Below are positions 12,374 to 24,300 of a stretch of DNA of 64,000 nucleotides, one piece after another. The notes beneath the pieces were generated by a model. It was given only the letters and a program-made list of their open reading frames with translations, did not search any database and was not told the origin of the DNA. The translations under genes and the position numbers were made by a program. The stretch lies in the NCBI GenBank assembly GCA_040954595.2, contig CM082581.2:8479413-8543412 (forward strand). Reading direction: 5' to 3'. This stretch comes from Balanoglossus misakiensis. Taxonomy: Eukaryota > Animalia > Hemichordata. The first letter of the stretch is position 1. Each line of letters begins with the position of its first letter.

Positions 12374-15300
12374 ATGGCCGACAACAACGAGGACGCGTCC
12401 CCAAAAGGTGAGAAACTCGCATTAATTACTGTTTTGTGAAGAATAGTGCATCGATCGCCAGCTTGGTTTCGTTTACTAAGTTTGGCTCACGTGACTAAAG
12501 CTGTAGTTAATCCTAACATTGCCAGAGTGCACGTGGATCTTTTTTTTTCTAGCAAAATGTGATAGCGACACTTCAGGGTCATGACCTCGAGTTTTAGCCT
12601 ACTTTTGTAGAATTCCGCGCATACTGGGTGATGCGGACATGAACCGCCAACGTCTCTTTGACCTGCGACCCCTGTGTTCAGTGCGATGGGGTGCCTGATT
12701 GCCGAACTGTTCCCTGTGACGTAATCGCAAAACTTTTAAACCCAATCATCATGCGGAAGTTGAAAACTTCGATAAATATCTGGGCATCGCCCGCCGGGGT
12801 GGATACTGTGTGTCAGATGGACTGCCTATCGATTTGGGTCACAGCTACTCCACGCGATGTCACGGGAGCGAAATTTAACAGTTGTCCAGCGTTGTACCGA
12901 GTATCGAGATAATTTCATTACAAAGTCGATTGTCACATGTTGTAAATTACATAATTCAACGTTTTCAGGATTTTTTCAATAAAGGAGACAGGACCCCCCT
13001 CAAGCAGCACTGAGTTGCTGCCTTTTCAATTTCAGATGGCATTCTGTGATGTACCGGTACGACTGGCTAATATTTGTATTTGCAAAACTTGCCGAGCAGA
13101 TGTTCTGCCAATACCAGGAGAAAAAATGGACCTTGTCAATATTGCTTCCACGCAACATACTATTCTGTGGTGGAATCACAGACAAGAATAATTTTGCAAC
13201 CTGTACAATAATCAACTGATACGTAGGAGTTAAAATAGCGTTGAATTGGAACAGTATTTGTAAGGTTATAATATAATGCCGTGCGACAGCGTGTTCGAAG
13301 TTTCCAGGCACAGTTTTTTTCTGGTCGTTGACTTGTGATCTTCCGGAATATAATGTATTACATTATTGCTGAAGCCATTGAACCCTGACTCCAGCAGTTC
13401 GGCTGGTAGCCGCAGACCCTATCACATTGAACGCCAAGGCCATTATAGCGGGACTGTTGTATAGACTCAAGGCCATGCTACAATGACCTATTTTAATAGC
13501 TTATGCGACGTCCAGCACAAATACCTTAAAATAGCAGCACCGAGGTGTGTCAGCAAACCAGAACCGCCAACTTGGTTTCAAAAACAAAATGCTTACCCAT
13601 GTTTGATCAGTCCACACATTTATTTTGAACAGTTTCTGCTTAAGTCAACATGGCAGCGCGTACCACTGGATGCGTGACATCTCTACATACCTCTGAACCA
13701 TTTTTCATGAACAAGTAGCGATATAGGACCATTAAACTCAAATAACTTTTACATACTATCGTCATTTTACTGTATTTTGTTTGTAGTGGAGTCATACTCG
13801 TACTGATTATGAATGTGCAGTGTGTTGTCCCCTCAGCTTAAAATAGAATAATCACACATACATGTAATTATGGAAGTAGGCTGAGACCTATATTTCCTTC
13901 AAAAACCTACTCCATTAGCTGAGTCACTGTACATCATATTGTGACACTGTGTGTTATTTGTGAAAGCTTGACAGCAGTCGCGGCATTTTGCAGCAATAAT
14001 GGGTATAATCGGGTTAAACACAACACAAGTAACTGTTGACATACCAGTGACGATATTACTCGACATTGAGATTTTCAACAATTACTTGTGTTCTCTGTGT
14101 TGTGTAGAATTCCAATGCATTAATGTGATTGGTTTCACTGGGTAGCCCTGGGGTACTGATCAGGGTGGGGTGGGGCAGACTGACTGGTCAAGCTCAAGCC
14201 TGAGTTTTGACCGTTAGTTGTGTCACCTCACTCTGTCATTGTTTATACATTTCCTATGAGCTGAGGTCACAGCACACCATACCCTTTACAGTACACATCT
14301 GATTGGGGTACCAGACATTGACCCCGATAAGAATGTGCCAGTTAATAGCTTAAGTGTGTAGTAATTCTGTGTGGCCTGGGACACTTCAGTCATCCAGGGT
14401 TGTTCAGGGAAGGGTTATATACATAAGTTCATTGGCGATGATCAAAACATCATTTCTCAAACACCATTTGGATGTATCATGTGAAATGATGTGAATGATT
14501 AACTTGTTAGATACGGGATGAGTATTAATTGTTTGTGTATAGAATTTATTGATTTGTTGATTGATTCTTTTTCCCTTTAGCTTACAAGTTTGTACTAATG
14601 CTGCAGATACAAATATTATCCCTGATTTTGCTAGACAACAGCCTTTGTGTGTGTATCCATCATTGTTAAATTATGATGATTGAATCCTAGTCTTGACTGT
14701 ACAGTGATATATGTTGCTATTTAACTGGACAGATGCCAAGATAAGACACATCTTTTGAAAGCTGTTGACCTTGACATCAGGCAGTCACTTAAAAAACAAA
14801 CATATATAGAATAGTAAAAAAAACCCCACAAAGTCATATTGTGGCCAGCCTGGTATTTGTATTATGGCCAGAAGCAACCCCTGTGCAGTCATGTAATTGT
14901 ATCAGCTAAAATATAGTGTGGCAGTCATTTTGTATCTCTAGAAGATAGATACGTATGTACTACATGACAAATAATAAAAAAATATCCTGGTATAATATTA
15001 TGTGAGAAGTGTGTACATCACTGTAATCCAATCCATATGCATTGGATGTCAGGTGGTAGGTACCTTTTTTTGATCATCACTTGAAGTTTTGAGTCAATAA
15101 CTAGGGACTTTGAGCATATTGGGATCCAATATCAAAGCCCATACTTTGCACTTAAGAAATGTGTGCATACGCGAACGTTGCTATTTTATTCATCTAGTGG
15201 AGTGGAGATGCTCATTCTCGGTGTTCTCAGGTTTCTGCGCAATGATATTGGAAATTTGCAACTTGATCCGGCCGGATCAAATTAACCCATCAGCCCGCTC

Positions 15301-18300
15301 TGGATATGATATTGCAAATCTGATGCATCGTAATACCCATCTGCTTGTCCGTTTCACAATCCGTTTATTAAACTATGTCAGTTTCATCAGCTGATGCTGT
15401 TGGAAGACTGTGACACCATGTTGTTTCTGTGAAAATTACTATAAATATCACTCAAACACTCTGACCAGTTCATATGCATTTTTTTTTTCCGTTTCTTGGC
15501 ATGGAAGCCCACATATTTTTTTGCATTAGCAGTCATTGCCTGTGTTTGATAACAGTTCTACGCACACATGCCCCAAGGGCACAGTCAGCTAATTTTAGTT
15601 CACAAGTGAAATCATAAGAAGAGGCAAAACTCAGGGACAAACGTGAGACTCTGCACGTAACACATAATCACATTGCAGCTGCATCATCAAACATCATTGG
15701 AACCAATAAATCGTAACAAGAATTTAGTGGTTAATGAAACATAGTATCATGATAGTCAAAAGATGCTTTAATCCTTTCAAATACATCACGTACCATTCGA
15801 GAAAGTGTGATGCTTACTTCTTAATGTTTTATATTGCTTCAAACAGCTAATAGTAATACATGTACTGGTAGTATGAGGAAAATGAGAGATATGCCAACCC
15901 GGCCCCAGAAGTTTGAGGAGCAAAAACAAAATCATAGTAATGGTGTGTGTGGCCACAGTTACAATAGGTTAATGAGGAAATGACGATTATGAGGTTAAAG
16001 TTTACCAAAAACCCACAGCGAAGGCGCTTGTGATTCTTGTTCCCGTGGTAACCCTATCAATCCAGTTTTTCCAATGTACAGACCAACATTCATGACAGTT
16101 GACAATGTTAAAGTTCAACCAAATTAAGATGATGAGAGGGGAGGGGAGGTTAATCCGGAGTCATTCTAGCCTGGACCCAGAGATCATGCAGCAGGATGTG
16201 TAGCAGTTTCTACTTGTTGCATTACAGCATTCATTTGAAATGTATGAACAGTGCTTACATTTGTACATGTAGCTATATTGTGAAGGGACTTGTTCAGCTG
16301 GAAGAACTCAAGGAAAAATCTAAACATAGGAATGTACATGTATGCGTTAACAGGCACGATATCCCAGGATATTACGGTTCAAAATAGAAACGCTAAGTAT
16401 TTGGAGACATGTCCAGATTCAAGTATCTTGTTTCCTGGCTTACAAAATGATGACATTAATATTGAATGATTCATTATTTACATGATTTGTGGAACAGATG
16501 TGAACACACTTTTATGACGGAAACCTTCAAATAATGATGAATATTGTATACACATATAATTATTCTTCATTGCCAATACATTGGAATTGGCGATTTTACA
16601 TACAGCAGATGTACACTGTGATAATGATAAAATATAGAGTCAATCTAAAATGACAGATATAGCTGATCACAGCTTATCTTATGTGTAATGGGGTAGAAAG
16701 ATTTAGTATTCTTGTTTTCTTGGTACAGTGCTTTGATAATGGTTATTAATTATTAATGGTATAGTTGGGATTTCTTATTAAATATTATAGATTGATGAGG
16801 AAAGGGGGATTTTCCCCGTTTTTGGCATGTCCATTGGGAAGTTATCATTATGGATAAACTGAGTTCAAAATGAGGACAGAGTACATGTATGTCAGAAGAT
16901 GGAATTCTTTGAGGGTGGCTTTATTTTACAATCTGATTTATGATGTTCCGCGGAATTGATGTGACAAAAATTAATTACAAGCAGTCATGGAGGTTGTGAA
17001 AATAGTGAACGAGGGAATGCTGGACCACATCGGTTGTGAAAACGGATAAGTGGGAACAGGTTGGAGTAATTATATGAAATCGTGTGTTATTCCCTCCCTC
17101 CGGTTAATACGCTGTAATCTCTTCTTACATGCTGGTAAGAATGGAACACTGATGTTTTGACTTTGGTTGACATGGAGAGTTGATTCTAGTGTTGGATGAA
17201 ATCGCAATATGTTCATGAGCACTGGTGGTCGAGTGGCAGGCTGACTGTCGTTAAAAAAAGAAATTACACTCGCAAAGTGTGTGGCAGTGAGGTAGAACGA
17301 TGTCACAGTGATCCTTGATTTGAGGCTGTCAGTAAATCTGCAGGTAGTTGGGTAATTTATGCAGGAAGTGCCAGTAACAAAACTGCAGTCGGCATAATTT
17401 CTCCAGTCGCCGTGACTCTGAATTATCAGCAATCTAAGGAGTCAAGTGTATACCTTCGATGAGTTGGGGTGTCAGGTTAAGCACTTTTTTCCTGTCTTGA
17501 ATTTTGTTAAAAGTAGGGCTTTCTTCCCTGAGTGGATCAGAACAGCCATCATCGGAGGGTTTTCTTTTTATTGATGCAGTTCGCTTTTACCATTGTTGAC
17601 GTTGCATGAGAACTTCATCTCCTTGTTTACAAGAGGATCCTGGTATGGACACGCAAGGTAAAGGTGCTTTAATTTTCTCCCATTTCATGGTGAAAATGTC
17701 ACGATTGTTTACAATTATCTTCTGTTATCCCAAAGCACAGATGGATCCCATCCTTGTTGGCAGTACTCATTTAATTGCCGATATGACCATTTTCTGACCT
17801 TTTTGGCACTACGTACATTTCTGTAATGACCTTCCCTGGATTATAAATACGTGTTGAGTTTTCAAAATACTATTCAAAATTTCACCTGTCTAGAGAAATT
17901 TTATCAACAAATAATTTTCATCATTTGGTTAATTATATTATTTTTGTTTGGTGATGAAATCTGATTTTGTTTTTCATTTAGAATGTTCGAAATACGGTCG
18001 GAGTAGAAATAAACAATTTCAATCAGACTGTTTTGGTTTAAAATATTAAGAATATGGACAAATTTTGGGATTAAATTCTATGGATAGCTGATTTAAGGTT
18101 TTTGTAGATTTCTAGTGTAATGGAACAATAAGAAATATCGCACTGACAGGGGCTTGTGATATTTCTTGTCAGCATAGAAAAATTCAGGAATGGGCATAAT
18201 TGAAAGTGTACATAGTTGAGTGGCTTTCACCTTGACCTGCATGTTATTATCACACGTACGGAACATTTACCTGCAGAGGATGTTCAAGGTAGCTGGAATA

Positions 18301-21300
18301 ACTCATTTTGTTCAAAATAAAAAAAAATGACAAAGAATCAATCTCAAAGTCAAATACACACCCAGCAGGTCTCTTGCTAGGTTAAACAAAGTTCATGTCT
18401 ACCTGCGTCAGACTGCGCCAGTGAAAAAAATGTTTGTTTCCATGGCAATAGCCTAGATTACAGCAAAGTGGCGAGCATCTGACACGAGGTCTGCGTCTTT
18501 GTGAATAACAGTGAAGTGTATTCAACAAATCCTAGAATCTGAAATTGTCATTGATATCGTCAGGTGGTTGTGAACGGTTTGTCCTTGTTTTTCCAAGGCT
18601 GTGATTTTACTATGAAAGCTAATATCGAACACTAGTGGAGACAGCTTGAAGTGCCAGCCCATCTGATGAATATTGAGTATCTCGTTTCATTTTGATAAGC
18701 CCCGCCGCAAACATTAATTTCATTTTCAAAAGAAATTTGGTCAGACTGCAAATTTATTTACTAGGCGGATATGATACAATTTCGCTCGTGATTGCTGGGG
18801 AACGTAATGCAGTTTAGTGCGGAATAAAAATAGGATATTCTGTCGAGTTAGAGGACATTTAATCATCGAATCTCTCCGTGAAATGGACTTTAAAATCCGA
18901 TTTGTAGGCACTCAGGGTAATTACAGTAAAGTTGCCTTGGACAGCAACATTCGTGTGGTTTTACTTTCTTTTGACAAGTGTCGTACTGATAGCAATCGGA
19001 GAGGATACATGACGTGAATGCTAGAATGATTCAAACACTTACGGATAGTAAAAAACTCCTTTGAAGGAGACTCAGTCTATCGTGCATTCGTCAGTCCTTG
19101 GGCCCCAGGGGAGGATGTTTGCTTGGAATCATGTTAGCCAATCTGCTAACAGGTGCCAAATGAGTCGAAAATCTGGCAATTAAACTTATACCTGTGTAAC
19201 TGTTCAATAAATTTTTTCATCAGGTTTTTGTCAACTGTGTTAAAACAGCCGGATCCTGCAAAGCAACATAATTTGTGGGTGTGGTTGTGTATATAACACA
19301 TACTTGTTTGTGTGAATTTTACAACAAGGTTGCTCCTAAATGTCCCTAGGTTACCATAGTGCCTTTCCATTCATTGCTGCAGTCAAGCTTGAATGAGTCG
19401 TTTTACATCTTTGAACTGTGTTCATCAGCGGTTAAAGTGAACCGCCCTGTGATAGGCCACTTGGGGGGTCAGAGTTCTAAAGGTTAGAAACTGAAAATAC
19501 ATGTGTGTTTGCTGTTTTGTCAGAAAACCAAAGGTATATGGTCACCTATGCAAATATAGCTACAGTTACCATGGCAAATTGAGATCTAGCCAATCACAGA
19601 TTTTCAGTGGGTGGCACAAGCAAAAGAAGAGCGCCACCATATGTTCTTTAGAACACTCAAATACGCCATTTCAGCCATATATGGACGTATGTATATTAGA
19701 GGTGACTGTATACCTTTAAAGTGACAATTGGTGTCACACCGGCAATTTCACCCAGCAGGTCTTGACTTCAAATATGGAGGTACCGGCAGTACTTCTACTA
19801 GAATCAGCAACGGTAGCAATTATATATACGCTGTCACTTTAATAATAGACTATACCGGCAATGTTGCACTCCGACAGTACACTCAGACCCAGAAGCATAT
19901 CAACCTGAGATGTCTCCACTCTTGGTCATGCAGGGTTTCCGCTATAAATGTTCAAGATTTACAGCAGATTAGATTACATGTTGTAATAGTGCACAAAATT
20001 GGACGGTAATTTAAAAGCTTATATTGATGGGGGTGCCAACAGCATGGGCCTGAGGACTTCGTGTTGCAGAGCCTTTAAAGTTTAATTATACGTCCAACTG
20101 TTATTTTTCTCTTGAATTTATAAATTTATGACCGTGCGCCTTCTATACATTTTTTTTTTGTAAAAGCCACATTGACAGAAATATTGTCAAATAAACATAC
20201 CAACTTAGTTTACAGAGGGTATATAAGAGTTTAAAGGTGATTATACTGTACGTGTGATATGTAGTGTAGCGGTTTATGTCTGCTGCAAATTATTATCATA
20301 TTGACAGAGTATCAAATTTATTGCTTTTAATTAGTTCTTGCTTTTAATCTATCGACATAGACTAACATTCTTGACAAATGTCTTGCTATCAATCCATGTT
20401 ATTTAAAGTTGTAGCTGCCTATATACCTGGACAGGTAATAACATTTACAAGTAAATCAACACATAAGGGGCTGCAAACCTGGGGCCTTGTCCTCTCAACA
20501 GGCTCATCTGTTTGCTTTCAATAAAAAAACTTTGCCTTTTGACCATAAAATCGCAGGTTATGTATCCTGTAGCAAGGATTAACCGAACACAAGAATGAAA
20601 ATGTGAAGTCTATTGACGATGAATAAACACGGACATGTCTCTGGTGTGCTGATTTTTACCTGCCCATGCCATTAAAGGTGGTGCCCTTGGTGACGTCGAG
20701 GAGTTTGTACACGGCCTGAATGAAATACTATTGTGTAGGTTTTGAATTGAAGTCACCGGGGTGAAGATTTCACTGTGTGTGCTGCATAGAAATTCCGATC
20801 TATCGTGTTCTGCGACTGATTGTGGAATGCTGAAGGCAAATCATATCAAGTGATTTGAGAGACAAAGGAAATTGTACTTTAAAAACCAAACAGACGTAAA
20901 ACATGGGATGAAACAAAAGACCCCTAGAACTTTTGGACTTTTAGGTGAAAAGAAAATGTTTGGCTTATATGAGTGAGTTTGTAATTTCTGGTATTTACCA
21001 AAAATGGTATTGTGCTATGAATATTTGACTGAGTATCTGCTGCTCTGCAGTGACATATATCACACAACAGTCTGGACTAATCACAATATATTTCAGGTTG
21101 TACCTTGGAACAGTTGATGATCAGCTGTCGCGATTAGTAGAGTTCAGGTTCTGTTTGCTGGCTTTGCCTCACTTACCAAGGATTAGCCAAGTCATACTTT
21201 GAACACGCACTGCAAATGAAGGCCCTCAGTTTGTAAAGTAGACGGTGAGGCCGAGGGTTGTCCAGCAGTGTTGGTGTATTACCAAGATCTTTGATATTGG

Positions 21301-24300
21301 TGGTTCCTACCACCACCTTAGAAGTTAGATGATACCAAATAGATACAATTTTATAAAATTGGGGGGTAAGCCCCCTCCCTTGCAAGAAAAAATACTGACC
21401 TCAATCTCATGATAAGCCAGTTAAAAGTTTGCTTCAGTCTATAAGACCAGCATGTCCCCATTACAGGTAACTGTTCCCGACAGATGACGTCTGTTGCACA
21501 GCGGTGAACATCAATTATCAGGTCATCTCGAGGGGGAAAGAAGTTGGAAGCTGTATTCAAATAGCATTTCAATTCTTGTGTTCTGATAGAGATATTTGAA
21601 ACACCTCACAAAGCATAGTTCTGAAATGCCACGTTGCCGACGGCAAGAATCGCACGTTTCTATGCAAAGTGGTTGCCATGCACTCGCACACTGAGAAAAT
21701 CATATCATGTTTCAGCGCAGTGGGACTTTGTCGTTCCTGGAGCAGCTTAGGTGTTTTATCAGTGTGTACATGGTGTATGCGCACAGGGAGTCAGGCAAAA
21801 TAACCATGGAAACCACTGATACACTGAGTCGCTGATATTCTGGTTGGAATAAAACCAGGGTGACATATTTATGAATTTTATGTCAAAATTACTTCTGATA
21901 AAGTGATATAAAGATTGGCGTTTTAGGATCATGCATCAAGGTCACCAGTAAACTAAATTAATCGGTGACAGTTTGGAAACCAGGGTGAAGCAGTTGCTTC
22001 CTCGAACATCGATGTCAGTACTACGTTTATTTTCTCTGTTTCGATGTCGCTCTGAGTTCAACCTTTGAGGCTGAAAAGCTGATGAGTTTTGATTTCTGAG
22101 ACGTCAAAGAACTTGTTGTAAGTAGTGGATGAAAGCCCTTCAGTGTAGGGTTAATTTTCAGGGTTGACCATATCCATTCTTCCTGGAAGTAATGTCATTG
22201 GAACTCTGAAAGTAATCCTGTGTGGACTTGGAGAAAGCACGGCGCCATCGGTAATTGGCATTATTGAATTTCTCTGCAGTGTACGTAGGGTTTCTGTGAA
22301 ATTAGGCTGTTGATCGGGTGACGTCAATCTTTGTCAATGCTTTCTGTGTAACACTTGACTTGTTGTAAGTCAGATGCAGGATTTCTTTGTTTAATATGCT
22401 GGTTTGCATTGGGCCTGAGTATTCAAATGTCATTTAGACTTTTTCTGTTGTGTCATTACTTTACTGTGCCATGCTTGCAGACATGTGTAAAATGAAGAGC
22501 GCCCCAATACAGTCACCCAAAATTTCCAGTCTACCGAAAAATTTGAACTATCAAATTTTTTGCAAACCAAATGTGGCAGTGTTATTGAGGCCACCATAAC
22601 ATGTGGCTTATTTTTGTTCTTGGGGAAAGAGGATATAGTTAATCATGCAATTTCATTGCAGAAGGTCAAAGATTACGGCCTGATCTCTCCATAATTTGAG
22701 GATATTTTTAAGGTAAACATCGTTCCAGCTTCATGCATTATTAACCGATATCTCGAAACAGGTGAACTAAATGTATTAAAGGGACAAAGTCTCTCTCTCA
22801 CTCTTCTTTTCCCATTTATTATGTTTGATTCACTACACTGTCTATGCTATTAATGCACATGTGGATATATAGTGAATCAACATTCAACCATCACGTTTGT
22901 AGGATATGAGAGTAAAAATCTCGCCAAAATGAATAAATGGTAAACACCGAATATTCATTTTGCTCTCGCGTCTACAAGTGGGATGGAAGGTGTGTGTGGT
23001 TGAACTATGAGTAAAATTTCTACATAATGTTTACCATCTTTTCAATGTCACTAAATTTGGCGGCCATTTTGAATGCCATAGACTAAGCACAGATATAGGC
23101 GGCCATTTTGAACCTCAAATTTGGCGGCCATTTTGAAAGTCTTAATTTTAAGACAATTTTGAAAAGACCCCCTCCCCCCGAATTTAATGAGTAAATGAAA
23201 AATTATTTTCGGCAAGAAATGAATAATCTAAAGTAGCCAAAAATGAAAAATCAGTGTTTACCTTTTATTCATTTTGGCGAGATTTTTACTCTCACATCTA
23301 TTTGCAGGATGGAAGTTGTTTGTGGTTGACAACTACACCATATTACCCACACATTGAAGCTGTATAGCTGCCAGGTATCGATGAATTTTCCGGGGAAAGT
23401 AGGGACAAGTTGCTCGTATATCGATGCTCATCTTAATACGTTTCATGTCTCATTTTCTCATTGGTTTGTTTTTAAATAATGATGGTGCAAACATTGTTAA
23501 TTGGCAAACGAGGCCAGAGATCACGGTTGTAAACGCAGCATTGTCATTTGCAGCAGAGCTATGATGTCAGAGTTTGGCTCAGCAGTCAGTGAAATATGTC
23601 TACTGTGTCAATGTCAGAGAAAGTCTTCTTAACTCAGACTGTATTAGTCACCCATAATCATTTTGATCCCTGATCTGCTGTACATGTAGTTGAGGAAAGA
23701 TGGATCTGCGCAGCAGGGGGAGTGTGATCAGTCAATAAAACAGCTGATGTCGACAGTTGCATTTGCACAAGTTTCGTCAAAACTTACGTACAACGGTTTT
23801 TATGTATAAATCTTTTATGATATAGGATTTTCAATTTACATCCAGTGTGGAGATTATCATCTTTTGAATAATCAAATGATGTGTGCTCCCTTTTGACAAA
23901 TTCTCCAAACACATTCCAAACACAGTGTATTGTGCAGCTTATATAAACGTGTATGTACGGTAGGATTTTACCTAAGCCTTTTTCGGAAAGGCTAAATTAT
24001 GTATATTCCAGCCATGATTCAGTAAATATTTCAACACCAATTATGAATTTTCCTATTCCATGTGTATACGCCTGAACAAGGGATCATATGAAATGCCTTG
24101 GGAAACAAACCTCTCTTTCATCATTCCACACTGCACCAGCTAAGATCGTGCATTCATTTCCATGGAAACACTTCAGTCACATCATTTGCATCTTTTCCAT
24201 GGCAGCCCCAGAACACTTTCGAAGCATCAGGATTTGACAGTGACGATGCAACAGTGCATGGTGGTTATTGAAGAAAATTTTATCCATTCGAAAAATAAGC

